DNA from: Pseudomonadales bacterium
GTDB taxonomy: Bacteria; Pseudomonadota; Gammaproteobacteria; Pseudomonadales; Azotimanducaceae
Assembly: GCA_024234635.1 (NCBI GenBank)
Contig: JACKNX010000009.1
Location: forward strand, 66,616-130,615
Direction: 5' to 3'
Length of the DNA: 64,000 bases
Shown here: piece by piece, positions 26,078-35,888 of the stretch
How positions within the stretch are numbered: the stretch's first letter is position 1
Layout of the letters: the number at the start of each line of letters is the position of its first letter
Translations under genes and position numbers: made by a program
Notes under the pieces: generated by a model
Databases searched by the model: none
Told to the model about the DNA's origin: nothing
The model's input: the letters and a program-made list of their open reading frames with translations, nothing else

Positions 26078-27223
26078 TTAAAAAGGGTTCTCGGTGGGCA
26101 AACCCAGCAGGTGCCGGCCAGCCTGTTCGCTGACCCGATCCCGATGTGCGTTGATGTGCAGTGGCATGGCCTGGAAATCCCGGTAGCGGCGTTCGAACGC
26201 GGCGCCTTCCCGCAACCCGTTGCCGCCCAGAACCCGCAGGATCAGCCGCATGGCGTCGTCGCAGAGACTGAGCGCCTGCATGCTGGCGGTGAGCTGCCGC
26301 AGGTAGTCGGTCTCCGTCGGGGTCTGCGCGGCATTGATGCGGGCGTCGGTTTCAGCCAGCGCCGCATACACCGTATCGCGCGCCGCGCGAATGGCCGCAT
26401 CCGCCTGACCCAGATTGACGTGGATGGTAGGCCGCTCGGCCATCTTCACACCGAGAATGGCCACGCGCTCCCGAATGCCCTCGACACATTCACGCAGCGA
26501 GAACCTCGCCACGCCAACCGCCATGGCGCCCAGCCACAGGTCCGACAAAGCCACCCAGTCCTCCCGATAACGCGGATCGATCATGGCCCGGTCGGGCTCA
26601 CGGAAGACTTCACGGTAACGGAAGGGAAAGGGCACGCGACGCTCGCGCGGTACCGCGGCGCCTTCGTAGTGCACATGGTCCGTGGCCGAAGCGCGCAGGC
26701 TCATGGCTTTCCAGGTTGCATCGATACGCACGCCAGGGTCGCGCAGATCGACCAGGGTGAATTCGGGCGTACGCCCCTCCACGACAAAACTTACGCCGGC
26801 CCACTCCGCGTAACGCGCGCCGGAACCGAACGCCGCGGTGCCGTTCAGCCGCAGGTGGTCACCTTCCGGCAGCCCGCGCACCGCGGTGCTGGCGCCGGCC
26901 GGAAAACACACCCATTCGTGCCTTTCCACGATACCGGCGAGAAAGTCGCGATGGGCCGGACCGAGCAGGCCGCAGAAGAGATGGAACGTGCAGAGGTGAT
27001 TCCAAAGACACCAGGCAGTGGAACCGCAGGCGCCCGCCAGATGCTCCAGTTCCACGGCGATGTCCTGCACCCTCGCGGCAAGGCCGCCCAGATTGCGCGA
27101 CGCCGACAGTCGCATGAGCTCACTGCGCTTGATGGCGGCAACCACCTCGGCACTGACGCTGCGGCTTGCATCCGCCGCCTCGGCCTGTGCGGCCACCATC
27201 GGCAGCAGTTCGGTCACCCGCAT
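26078..27223 (-). CDS. acyl-CoA dehydrogenase-fold flavoprotein
   Basis: Length and architecture match the fold. The call is by overall resemblance only. ATG 27221-27223 (track start 27229 is TTG). Confidence 0.65.
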   Translation of the reverse strand: MRVTELLPMVAAQAEAADASRSVSAEVVAAIKRSELMRLSASRNLGGLAARVQDIAVELEHLAGACGSTAWCLWNHLCTFHLFCGLLGPAHRDFLAGIVERHEWVCFPAGASTAVRGLPEGDHLRLNGTAAFGSGARYAEWAGVSFVVEGRTPEFTLVDLRDPGVRIDATWKAMSLRASATDHVHYEGAAVPRERRVPFPFRYREVFREPDRAMIDPRYREDWVALSDLWLGAMAVGVARFSLRECVEGIRERVAILGVKMAERPTIHVNLGQADAAIRAARDTVYAALAETDARINAAQTPTETDYLRQLTASMQALSLCDDAMRLILRVLGGNGLREGAAFERRYRDFQAMPLHINAHRDRVSEQAGRHLLGLPTENPF

Positions 27224-27372
27224 GCACAACCCCTCCTGAAGTTTCCTTCAGCCTATCGCCAGTCAACGCGTGAGAGAACCGCGGTCGCGGACAAATTCCT
27301 TGCAAGTCCTGTCAACCGATGGTCATCCGGGGCGTTGAAGTCCGGACCATCGATATAACGCGAGATTCGATC

Positions 27373-27678
27373 ATGGCCGTACGGCGGTTCCTTCCAGCCC
27401 TTCTGGTCACCGGCAGCCTCGCGTATTCCGGCATCGTCTGCGCCGACGCCGGGGAACGCATCGAGCAGCGCCTCGACCAACGCGGCGACCGCATCGAAGA
27501 CGCGCTGCGCAAACTACCGATGCGACAGCGTCAGGCGTTCATGCTGCGGGCTTGGGAAGGGCTGCACGTGCGCGACACCGCCAACGCCATGGGCTGCTCC
27601 GAGGGCCGCGTGAAAACCCATTACTCCAGGGCCGTGCACAGCCTGCGCAATGATCTGGGGGACCATGCCAATGGATGA
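27373..27678 (+). pseudogene. chimeric ORF: signal-peptide-like N-terminus fused to ECF sigma region 4 only (sigma region 2 absent)
   Basis: MAVRRFLPALLVTGSLAYSGIVCA... is followed by LPMRQRQAFMLRAWEGLHVRDTANAMGCSEGRVKTHYSRAVHSLR, a typical sigma-70 region 4. Only about 140 nt separate it from the divergent upstream gene, so there is no room for region 2. Confidence 0.55.
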
Positions 27679-28163
27679 GCCGGACGAAACGGCACAACAC
27701 CGGGCCAGCGATCTGGGTGAAACCCTGCGCGCGGCACACAAACGTGTGCCGGAGGCCGTGCGACCATGACTCGTCGCCGCGCGATGCGAAGCCGTTGCCA
27801 TTGCCGGGGCCGGGATCGGGACCTGGTCCGGGGCTGTCCGCCGCGCAACAGGAACACGTCGCTCTGGGCGCGCAGCGCTGGCTGGACATGAGCCGCCAGG
27901 AAAGGCACGTGGTGCTGGAGAAATATCAGCGCTGGCAGCAGCTGGCGTCTGCAGAGCAGGCAAGGTTGCTTGGCCGCTGGCGGGAGTTCCGCCAGCTCAG
28001 CACCGAGCAGCAGGGTCAGATGCGGGATACGATGCAGCGCTTCCGGTCCATGCCCCAGGACCAGCGCGACCGGCTTCGCCGCCAGGTCAGGACAATGAAC
28101 CAGCAGCAGCGGGCACACGCGCTGCAACGCATGAAGCAACGGGCGGAAGCGGCACGCGCCTGA
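27675..28163 (+). CDS. DUF3106-like protein, N-terminus probably degraded
   Basis: Repeated W-x-x-L-S-x-E-Q-type helices (RWLDMSRQERHVVLEKYQRWQQLASAEQARLLGRWREFRQLSTEQQ). No signal peptide. A 32-codon out-of-frame fragment (27672-27770) precedes it. Confidence 0.45.
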   Translation: MSRTKRHNTGPAIWVKPCARHTNVCRRPCDHDSSPRDAKPLPLPGPGSGPGPGLSAAQQEHVALGAQRWLDMSRQERHVVLEKYQRWQQLASAEQARLLGRWREFRQLSTEQQGQMRDTMQRFRSMPQDQRDRLRRQVRTMNQQQRAHALQRMKQRAEAARA

Positions 28164-28261
28164 CCCCGTCGGCCCTGAGTCGCGCTCGCAGGCAGCACGA
28201 TGCGGACGCGTCGTTGACAGCGTGTTAACGTTGCGCTCCCTCCGTTTCCCGGCCCGTCGCG

Positions 28262-28696
28262 ATGCATCTGCTGCGCCACCTGCGCTATCTGGTTCTGGCC
28301 CTGTTGCTGCCCGCGGCCCTGCCTGCCCTGGCGGCGGATCTCACCTTCTCCGACGCCCGCGTGCGAGCGTTGATTCCCGGCCAGGACAAAACCGTTGGCT
28401 ATGTGAACGTGCGGAATGGCGGGAGCGCGCCCGTGACACTGGAGTCGGCCGTCGCGGAGGGAGTGCGCGCCATCGAGTTTCATGCCACGGTGAACGACAA
28501 CGGCATGATGCGTATGCGCCGCCTGCAGACCCTCATCATCGCACCAGGGGAATCCGTCGCTCTCGAGCCAGGCGGCCGGCATCTGATGCTGTTCGGTATC
28601 CCGGAGCTGAGCGAGTCCCTCACGATAACCTTTCGCACCGCTGACGGGCAGGGCGTTCAGGTGCCATTCCGGCGTGTCTCCCTGACAGGCAACTGA
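28262..28696 (+). CDS. periplasmic copper chaperone PCu(A)C (DUF461)
   Basis: Signal peptide, then FHATVNDNGMMRM...GGRHLML matching the H-Met-rich...HxM copper site layout. Confidence 0.8.
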   Translation: MHLLRHLRYLVLALLLPAALPALAADLTFSDARVRALIPGQDKTVGYVNVRNGGSAPVTLESAVAEGVRAIEFHATVNDNGMMRMRRLQTLIIAPGESVALEPGGRHLMLFGIPELSESLTITFRTADGQGVQVPFRRVSLTGN

Positions 28697-28742
28697 ACGC
28701 CCGTCTGCATGCCGGCCCCAGAAGGCCGTCACGAACGGCGGA

Positions 28743-29717
28743 TCAGAATATCTCGTCCGGTTTCAGCTCGAAACGGTACATGAGTTCTTCGCGGATCTGC
28801 TGATACAGCGTCGGGTCCTCGGAGCGGATCACCTCCAGCTCCTGTCGCACTTCGTCGTCCAGCCCCTGATTGATCACCACCTCCACGCGGCGATTACGCG
28901 CCTTGCCGGCCGGCGTTTCATTGGAAACCAGGGGACGCGTGTCCGCATGGCCACTCACCGTGAAACGGTCGGGGGTCAGTTTGTCATCAAACAGTGCATG
29001 CGCCACGCTCACCGCGCGCGCGCTCGACAGCTCCCAGTTCGACCGGAAGCGCGCGGTTGAAATGGGATCGTCGTCCGTGTGACCTTCCACCACGATCTTG
29101 CCTTCGGTGTCTTCCAGCGCCTTGCGTATGATCTTCAGCACCGGCTTGAAATTGGGTGTGAGGTCCGCCGATCCGGACGCAAAGGTGCCATGTTCCTTGA
29201 TGCGGATGATGATCTTGCGGCCCGCCGTCTCCACTTCGATCACGCCTTCCTGGATTTCCCGCTGCAGCGCGGTGGCGATGTCCACGGCCTCCTTCTCCGT
29301 TTCGCCGATGAGATCCTGCACCTTGTCCACGATGACCTGCTTCTGCGCATCGCCCTTTTCTCCTGTGTTGGAAGAGCCGAGATCCTGGCACTGCACGTCC
29401 AGCGATTCCCTGGTGATGTCCTCGGTCTTCTGCCAGATCTGGTTCAGCGGCGTGGGATCGGGTTTACCGGGCGAAAATTCCTGCGCGATGATGCTGGTGC
29501 CCTTGGGAATGGCATTGACGTCGATCTCCGCCTGCACGCCGAACGCGTTCCGCATGGAACCGGCCAGCCGCTTGAACTTGAGCACGTCCATCTCCGCGAA
29601 GCTGAGCAGCAGCACGAAGAAACACATGAGCAGCGACATGAGGTCCGCGAACGTGGCAAGCCAGCCGGCACCACCACCGCCGTCATCGCCACCGAGATCG
29701 TCATCATCATCATCCAT
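28743..29717 (-). CDS. motB: flagellar stator protein MotB/PomB-type (OmpA-like C-terminus)
   Basis: WLATFADLMSLLMCFFVLLLSF with the conserved Asp. C-terminal OmpA-like GHTD...NRRVE. Unusual MDDDDDDLGGDDGGGG N-terminus. Confidence 0.85.
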   Translation of the reverse strand: MDDDDDDLGGDDGGGGAGWLATFADLMSLLMCFFVLLLSFAEMDVLKFKRLAGSMRNAFGVQAEIDVNAIPKGTSIIAQEFSPGKPDPTPLNQIWQKTEDITRESLDVQCQDLGSSNTGEKGDAQKQVIVDKVQDLIGETEKEAVDIATALQREIQEGVIEVETAGRKIIIRIKEHGTFASGSADLTPNFKPVLKIIRKALEDTEGKIVVEGHTDDDPISTARFRSNWELSSARAVSVAHALFDDKLTPDRFTVSGHADTRPLVSNETPAGKARNRRVEVVINQGLDDEVRQELEVIRSEDPTLYQQIREELMYRFELKPDEIF

Positions 29718-29729
29718 GACGCGGCGACC

Positions 29730-30485
29730 TTACTCCTTCTTCTCGCGCATTGACGGCGGCAGATACGAGCGAAGCAGGTCTTCAATGATGCGTGGATTCT
29801 GTCCGGCCTGGATGGCCAGCAGCGCATCGATGGACATCGATTTGATGCGCGCCTCTTCGTCCTTGCGCAGCGTCAGTTTGTCCGCCACCGGCAGGGCGAG
29901 CATGTTGGCCAGCATCGCACCGTAGAGCGTAGTGAGCAGCGCAACCGCCATGGCGGGGCCGATGGACTTGGGGTCGTTCATGTTGGCCAGCATGGCCACC
30001 AGACCGACCAGCGTCCCGATCATGCCCATCGCCGGCCCAACGTCGCCGAAGGAGCGGAAGATCTTGGCGCCGAGGTCATGGCGTTCCAGGGTCTGGGTGA
30101 GATCCTTCTTGAGCATGCCGCGCACGACGTCCGCGTCATGGCCGTCCACGAGCAGCTGGATGCCCTTGCTGAGGAATTCGGAAGACACCTGTTTGCCTTC
30201 CAGTGTCAGGAGGCCACCCTTGCGCGCGGCATCCGCCAGTTCCACCACCTCGGCGATCAGGTCCTGCGGAGTGACCATCTTGAAGCTGAACGCCCGCGCG
30301 GCCACCTTCACGGCACCCAGGAACTGCGCCAGGCTGAATTTCATCAGCACGACAAACAGGGAACCAACCAGCACGATCAGAACGGAGGGTATGTCCACGA
30401 ACATACCGATACCGCCACTGAGCACCATGGCCGCCAGGATGATACCGAAGGAACCAACCAGACCGATGAGGGTCGCCAGATCCAT
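29730..30485 (-). CDS. motA: flagellar stator protein MotA/PomA-type
   Basis: 4-TM MotA/TolQ/ExbB fold. MDLATLIGLVGSFGIILAAM start and C-terminal GPAMAVALLTTLYGAMLAN. Confidence 0.85.
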   Translation of the reverse strand: MDLATLIGLVGSFGIILAAMVLSGGIGMFVDIPSVLIVLVGSLFVVLMKFSLAQFLGAVKVAARAFSFKMVTPQDLIAEVVELADAARKGGLLTLEGKQVSSEFLSKGIQLLVDGHDADVVRGMLKKDLTQTLERHDLGAKIFRSFGDVGPAMGMIGTLVGLVAMLANMNDPKSIGPAMAVALLTTLYGAMLANMLALPVADKLTLRKDEEARIKSMSIDALLAIQAGQNPRIIEDLLRSYLPPSMREKKE

Positions 30486-30586
30486 GTGCGATCCGAATTA
30501 CGAATGACTGAACCAAGTCTAGAAAAGAAATGGCGATGCGCCGCGCAGGGGTTGGCAATTCGAACGCACGTCGCTACCGTGCCGGC

Positions 30587-30829
30587 ATGAGCGAACAAAC
30601 TCCCGAACTGCCGGACTTCGAGGCCACACTGGCGGAACTGACCGCCCTGGTGGAGCGCATGGAAAAAGGCAATCTCACGCTGGACGAATCGCTGAAGGCG
30701 TTCGAGCGGGGCATCACCCTTACCCGCACCTGTCAGGATGCCCTGCAGAAAGCCGAACTTCGTGTCAGGAAATTGACGGCATCCGGTGAACTGACGGATC
30801 TCGAGGTCGACGACACGCTCGATGACTGA
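30587..30829 (+). CDS. xseB: exodeoxyribonuclease VII small subunit
   Basis: [40 protein letters not shown]. Overlaps the ispA start. Confidence 0.9.
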   Translation: MSEQTPELPDFEATLAELTALVERMEKGNLTLDESLKAFERGITLTRTCQDALQKAELRVRKLTASGELTDLEVDDTLDD

Positions 30830-31703
30830 CCTCGCCGCGCTGAAAGAGAGCATCGAGACTGCGCTCGCTGACAGCATTCCCGCCACTTCGCACATCGCTC
30901 CGCGCCTCGCGCAGGCCATGCGCTACGCCCTGCTCGGCGGTGGCAAGCGATTGCGCCCGCTGTTCACCTGTGTCGTGGCCGGAACCTTCGGCGCGCCGGT
31001 CGAACGCGCACTGGCCGCCGCCTGCGCGGTGGAAATGGTGCACGCCTACTCGCTGGTACACGACGATCTGCCCGCCATGGACGATGACAACCTGCGCCAT
31101 GGCAAGCCGACGGTACACGTGGCTTTCGATGAGTGGACGGCCGTGCTGGTGGGCGATGCGCTGCTGACCCTTGCTTTCGAAACCCTGGCGACAATGCCGG
31201 AAACATCAGCGGAACAACGCCTGCAATGCAGTCTGCTGCTGGCCCGCGCCGCCGGCTGGCAGGGCATGGTGGCGGGTCAGGCCCTGGACATGGGGCTGGC
31301 GGCGGCGGACGCCAACGTTCAGGACCTCGCCACCCTGGAAACGCTGCATGCGGCAAAAACCGGCGCACTGATCAGGGCCAGCATCGAACTCGGTGGTGTG
31401 ATCGCCGCCGTGGACACCGCTACGCTGACAAGCCTGCGCAGGATCGCGGACCACGTGGGCCTTGCTTTCCAGATCATGGACGACGTGCTGGACGTCACCG
31501 CCAGCACGGAAACGCTGGGCAAACCAGCCGGTTCGGACGTGCGCGGCAACAAACAGACCTTCGTAACGTTTCTGGGCCTCGACGCCGCGCGACAGCGCGC
31601 GGAAGGGCTGATGACGGAGGCACATGCACTGCTCGCGGCACTGCCCGGGGACACCAATGCCCTGCGCGCATTGACGACGCTTGCGGTGCGCCGGACCTTC
31701 TGA
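30822..31703 (+). CDS. ispA: farnesyl diphosphate synthase
   Basis: First and second Asp-rich motifs ([20 protein letters not shown]; [10 protein letters not shown]). Confidence 0.9.
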   Translation: MTDLAALKESIETALADSIPATSHIAPRLAQAMRYALLGGGKRLRPLFTCVVAGTFGAPVERALAAACAVEMVHAYSLVHDDLPAMDDDNLRHGKPTVHVAFDEWTAVLVGDALLTLAFETLATMPETSAEQRLQCSLLLARAAGWQGMVAGQALDMGLAAADANVQDLATLETLHAAKTGALIRASIELGGVIAAVDTATLTSLRRIADHVGLAFQIMDDVLDVTASTETLGKPAGSDVRGNKQTFVTFLGLDAARQRAEGLMTEAHALLAALPGDTNALRALTTLAVRRTF

Positions 31704-31772
31704 GCACCGGCGCGCCGGTGGCGCCGTTGCGGGCATGGATGGCGCCGGTCCGCTGCGCCATGCGATGGCGCG

Positions 31773-32429
31773 TCAGTGTGACGACAAGGTCAGCACGCCG
31801 CCCTTGTTCTGCATGGACACCTGGTTGAGGTAGGACATGCCGAGCAACACGTCCAGGGGATACTGCCCCTCGATGACCGTGGCCGCGACATTGTGGGCGG
31901 TGACGCCGCCGACGCTCACTTCCGACAACGTGATATAGCGCGCCGCTACCTCGCCCTGCGCCGTGACGACCGAGCCCTGCTGGCCGAGCTGGTAGTTGAT
32001 GCCCAGCATGTTTGCATCGTGGCTGCTCATGGCCACGACGGAAGCGCCGGTGTCCACCAGAAAGCCCACCAGCTGGCCGTTGATCTCCCCCCGAACCCGG
32101 TACTGCCCGGTATTGTCCGGATTGATACTGATGGACCGCTGCGTGGCGCCCTGAAAGCCGGAGGCCACCCGATCCGACAGCCGCAACTCGTAAGTCTTGC
32201 CCTGGTATTCCACCCGCGCGCCGGCTGCGGTGGCGGACAGCAATTTCACACCCCGGGGCGAAACCTGGCCCACCCGCACCAACTCCTGCCCGGCGGAGGT
32301 CCGCACCACCGCGCGGTCCTTGAACAGGCCGACCACTTCCACCGGCGGGGTCGCCTGTGCCCCGTGAACCAGGACGCTCAAGCCCAGCGTCACCGCCATG
32401 CGCGTGAATAACCTGTAGGTACGTGTCAT
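31773..32429 (-). CDS. retropepsin-like (clan AA) aspartic peptidase, secreted
   Basis: Signal peptide. FLVDTGASVVAMS active-site context (D-T-G). Confidence 0.75.
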   Translation of the reverse strand: MTRTYRLFTRMAVTLGLSVLVHGAQATPPVEVVGLFKDRAVVRTSAGQELVRVGQVSPRGVKLLSATAAGARVEYQGKTYELRLSDRVASGFQGATQRSISINPDNTGQYRVRGEINGQLVGFLVDTGASVVAMSSHDANMLGINYQLGQQGSVVTAQGEVAARYITLSEVSVGGVTAHNVAATVIEGQYPLDVLLGMSYLNQVSMQNKGGVLTLSSH

Positions 32430-32524
32430 CGTCTGAAGTCCCTGCGCGTTGAACGGCCGGCGTCCGCCTCGTCAGCCGGCGCGACCGGACCGCACCATCG
32501 CGGTCGTTGCTGCCGACCGGGAGT

Positions 32525-33022
32525 CTAGCCGGCAGGCAAGCCGGCGATGTGTCCAATCGCCGGAACTGCGACCTGCAACACAGCCCAGGCCATCACACCG
32601 GCAACCACGTCATCCAGCATCACGCCAAGCGCCCCTGGAACACGGCGATCCACCCAGCCGACCGGCCACGGTTTGGCAATATCGAACAGCCGGAACAGCA
32701 TGAAGCCGGCCAGCGCGATCCACCACACCTGCGAGGCGCCCAGCAACGTCAGCCATTGTCCCGCCACTTCGTCCGCTACGATCCAGGACGCATCTTTCAC
32801 CCCGCACGCTGTCATGACAGGACGCAGCACCACCGTACTGACAACGAAGTACGCGGCGATCACCGCCAACTGCACGCCTGCCGGCGATTCCGCGAGCAGA
32901 AACCACCAGACCCCTAGCGCCGCCAGCGAACCCCAGGTACCAGGCGCCGGACGCAAGTAACCTGCGCCGAGCCCCGCCACCCAGAGCCGCGCGGGATGCC
33001 AGCGGGACAGTCCCTCAGCCAA
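32525..33022 (-). CDS. pgpA: phosphatidylglycerophosphatase A
   Basis: GAGYLRPAPGTWGS..., VADEVAGQW and LFRLFDIAKPWP motifs. Start inferred as TTG at 33020-33022, overlapping the thiL end (uncertain). Confidence 0.75.
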   Translation of the reverse strand: MAEGLSRWHPARLWVAGLGAGYLRPAPGTWGSLAALGVWWFLLAESPAGVQLAVIAAYFVVSTVVLRPVMTACGVKDASWIVADEVAGQWLTLLGASQVWWIALAGFMLFRLFDIAKPWPVGWVDRRVPGALGVMLDDVVAGVMAWAVLQVAVPAIGHIAGLPAG

Positions 33023-33887
33023 AGTGGTCGAACCCGGCACGGGTTGGCGGCTGGCCGTCGAGTCGCACACCCGGCTCAGCCACGATGCGGCCGATGCACC
33101 AGGCCGGAAACGGCGGCGGTGTCGCGGCGGTGAAACAGAGCTCGTAGTCGTCACCGCCGTACCAGGCATCATCCGGCGTTGCGCCCGGAAACACCGGCAA
33201 TCGCGCGCTGTCCAGTTCCGCACCGCAGCCGCTCGCGCGCACGAGATGGCCGAGGTCCTGCAGCAACCCGTCGGAAATGTCGATGGCGGCATTGGCCATC
33301 TGCCGAAGGACTGGCGCCAGCTCCACCCGTGCACGCGGTCGCCAGAAACGGTCGCTCAGGGCGGACGATGCAAAGCCCGTTCGCAGCGCTGCCGCAGCCC
33401 CGCCTAAGTGACCACTCACATACACGTAGTCACCTGTTCTTGCGCCATTTCGCAGGACGGCCGTGCCAGCCGGAACACTCCCGTGAACGCTCACCGTCAC
33501 CGCCAGCGGGCCACGGGTGAGGTTGCCGCCGGCAATCTTCGCGCCAGTGGCCTCACAGGCTTCACGCGCGCCATCGGCAAAATCCAGCGCCCAGCTCTCG
33601 GCGCTGGCCGGCAGATTCAGCGCCAGCAGGACAAACAGCGGCTCCGCGCCCATGGCCGCAAGGTCCGACAACGAAACCATGAGCGCCCGATAGCCAACCA
33701 TTGCACCGGGTGAGTCATTCGGAAAGTGAGTGCCAACTAACAACGAGTCGATGGAAGACACGAGCTGGTGTCCGGGAGGCAGGGCCGTCACGGCCCCATC
33801 ATCGCCGATGCCGGTCAGGAGACAGCCCGCGCTGGTGGTGGCACCGAAGCGGCGCGTGAGTTCGGCGATGAGTTCGAACTCGCGCAC
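33015..33887 (-). CDS. thiL: thiamine-monophosphate kinase
   Basis: (M)REFELIAEL...GIGDDGAV...DSLLVGTHF...LSDLAAMGA. GTG start. Confidence 0.85.
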   Translation of the reverse strand: MREFELIAELTRRFGATTSAGCLLTGIGDDGAVTALPPGHQLVSSIDSLLVGTHFPNDSPGAMVGYRALMVSLSDLAAMGAEPLFVLLALNLPASAESWALDFADGAREACEATGAKIAGGNLTRGPLAVTVSVHGSVPAGTAVLRNGARTGDYVYVSGHLGGAAAALRTGFASSALSDRFWRPRARVELAPVLRQMANAAIDISDGLLQDLGHLVRASGCGAELDSARLPVFPGATPDDAWYGGDDYELCFTAATPPPFPAWCIGRIVAEPGVRLDGQPPTRAGFDHFG

Positions 33888-33890
33888 CGT

Positions 33891-34331
33891 TCAGCGCCGG
33901 GCAGCGGTTTCCAGCGTACGCAGCCGCCGGGACAGCTTGTCGAGCACGCCATTGACGTACTTGAACGATTCCTCGGCACCGAACACCTTCGCCAGTTCCA
34001 CGTACTCGTCGATGACGACCCGGTAGGGCACGTCGGGACGATGCAGCAGTTCGTCCGTACCCAGCCGCAGGATGCCGAGCTCCACCGGATCCAGATCGTC
34101 CAGCTCCCGGTCGAGCAGCTCCTTGAACTGCTCATCCAGCAGGTCACTGCGACCGATCACGCGCCGCAGGGCATCGCCGAAGAACACCACGTCCGCATTC
34201 TTCAGTGAGCCATCCTCGAGAAATTCCTTCTGGATATCGGAGGCGTTGGCACCATTGAGTTGCCAGCGGTAGACCGCCTGGACGAGGGCGCGCCGGGCCT
34301 GCTTGCGGGCCCAGATGGAGGTTTTGCTCAC
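33891..34331 (-). CDS. nusB: transcription antitermination factor NusB
   Basis: ARRALVQAVYRW...LDP VELGILRLGTDELL...VVIDEYVELAK. Position upstream of thiL. Confidence 0.9.
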   Translation of the reverse strand: MSKTSIWARKQARRALVQAVYRWQLNGANASDIQKEFLEDGSLKNADVVFFGDALRRVIGRSDLLDEQFKELLDRELDDLDPVELGILRLGTDELLHRPDVPYRVVIDEYVELAKVFGAEESFKYVNGVLDKLSRRLRTLETAARR

Positions 34332-34337
34332 TTCGAT

Positions 34338-35423
34338 CTACCGGTTGGGGCGGAGGGTGATCTTCAGATCGTCACCCACCTGTTCGTGGCCCGCGATTCT
34401 AGCGCCGATCGTCGCCGACAAGGACGCGAAGTTGATGGCGGCCAGTGGCCGGGCGTCAGCGCCCAGGAAACGGGGCGCCTGGTACAGCACGATCTCATCC
34501 CACAACGGCGTCTCCAGGAAGGCGCCAACCAGCGTGGCGCCCGCTTCCACCAGCACCTCGTTGACCTCGCGGGCCGCCAGATGGCGCAGCAACTGCTCGA
34601 GATCGATGCGCTCACCGTCGCTCCGCCACGTGGCCACGCCCTCCGGCGTTTCCCCCGTTGCGTTGCTGCCATGGGCCAGCAGCACACCGCCCGACGACGC
34701 CAGAATCTTCGCCGTCGGGGGCGTTCGCCCGTGCGTATCAGCCACCACGATGAGCGGTTGCCGCAGGCGGCCATCCACCGCAAACCGGGCGTCACGCACC
34801 GTCAGTGCCGGGTCGTCCGCCAGCACCGTGCCGACGCCGGTGAGAATGGCGCAACTGCGCGCCCGGAGCGCCTGCACGTCCGCCCGCGCGGCCGGGCCGG
34901 TGATCCACTGGCTTTCACCCGAGGCCATGGCGGTGCGACCGTCGAGCGATGCGGCAATCTTGATCCGCACATGGGGCAGTCCGGTTGCATGCCGCTTCTT
35001 TGCCCCGGGGTTCAGGGCCTGCGCCGAGGCGAGTTCGACAATGTCCACGACAATGCCGGCGTCGCGCAGCATGGCAACGCCACTGCCGCGTACCTTGGGA
35101 TGCGGGTCGAGTTCGGCAATGACAACCCGCGCCACACCCGCCGCAATGAGCGATCTGGCACAGGCCGGAGTGCGGCCTTCCCAGGAGCACGGCTCCAGGC
35201 TCACGTAGGCCGTCGAACCGCGAACATCGCCGCCCGCGGCGGCCATGGCGTTCACCTCGGCATGGCCCTGTCCCGCCCACTGGTGCCAGCCTTCGCCGAT
35301 GACGCGTCCATCACGCACGAATACACAGCCGACATGGGGGTTGGGGGAAGTGGTATTGACGCCGTTCAGGGCCAGCGTGACAGCCCGTTCCAGCCAGCTG
35401 ATGTCCCGTTCGCGCGCGCTCAT
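34338..35423 (-). CDS. ribD: bifunctional riboflavin biosynthesis deaminase/reductase
   Basis: PNPHVGCV...GHAEVNAM...YVSLEPC deaminase motifs plus a reductase C-terminus. ATGA overlap with nrdR. Confidence 0.9.
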   Translation of the reverse strand: MSARERDISWLERAVTLALNGVNTTSPNPHVGCVFVRDGRVIGEGWHQWAGQGHAEVNAMAAAGGDVRGSTAYVSLEPCSWEGRTPACARSLIAAGVARVVIAELDPHPKVRGSGVAMLRDAGIVVDIVELASAQALNPGAKKRHATGLPHVRIKIAASLDGRTAMASGESQWITGPAARADVQALRARSCAILTGVGTVLADDPALTVRDARFAVDGRLRQPLIVVADTHGRTPPTAKILASSGGVLLAHGSNATGETPEGVATWRSDGERIDLEQLLRHLAAREVNEVLVEAGATLVGAFLETPLWDEIVLYQAPRFLGADARPLAAINFASLSATIGARIAGHEQVGDDLKITLRPNR

Positions 35424-35887
35424 TGGCCCGTGGGCGCATCCGTGGTGAGTCGGCGGATCTCCTCCTGGAATTCGCTGATGTCCTGGAAATCGCGATACAC
35501 GGACGCAAAGCGCACGTAGGCAACGGCATCCACGGATTTCAGTTCCGCCATCACTTCCTCGCCCACCTGCTTGGCGGGCACTTCGCGTTCGCCGGTAGTG
35601 CGAAGGCGATGCTTGATGTGGGCAATCGCGCTCTCCACCTGCTCCGCTCCGACGGGCCGTTTTTCCAGCGCCCTGAGCAACCCGCGACGCAGCTTCTCTT
35701 CGTTGAAGGGCTCACGCGTGCCGTCGCGTTTGACGACGTAGGGCATCACCAGCTCCGCGGTTTCGAACGTGGTGAAGCGTTCGCCGCAGGTAATGCACTC
35801 GCGGCGCCGACGCACGGAGTCGCCTTCGGCCACCAGACGGGAGTCGATGACCTTGGTGTCGTCGGCACCACAGAAGGGGCAGTGCAC
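35420..35887 (-). CDS. nrdR: transcriptional repressor NrdR
   Basis: (V/M)[16 protein letters not shown] zinc ribbon and ATP-cone. GTG start at 35885-35887 chosen to match the canonical MHCPFC N-terminus. Confidence 0.9.
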   Translation of the reverse strand: MHCPFCGADDTKVIDSRLVAEGDSVRRRRECITCGERFTTFETAELVMPYVVKRDGTREPFNEEKLRRGLLRALEKRPVGAEQVESAIAHIKHRLRTTGEREVPAKQVGEEVMAELKSVDAVAYVRFASVYRDFQDISEFQEEIRRLTTDAPTGQ

Positions 35888-35888
35888 G

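Noticed and set aside
30553-30568. TTGGCAATTCGAACGCA with sigma54-like GG-N10-GC spacing upstream of xseB
   Set aside because: Both the -24 and -12 elements deviate from consensus. The predicted start would leave a leader of less than 10 nt before the xseB ATG. A housekeeping xseB-ispA operon has no expected sigma54 dependence. Judged a chance match.
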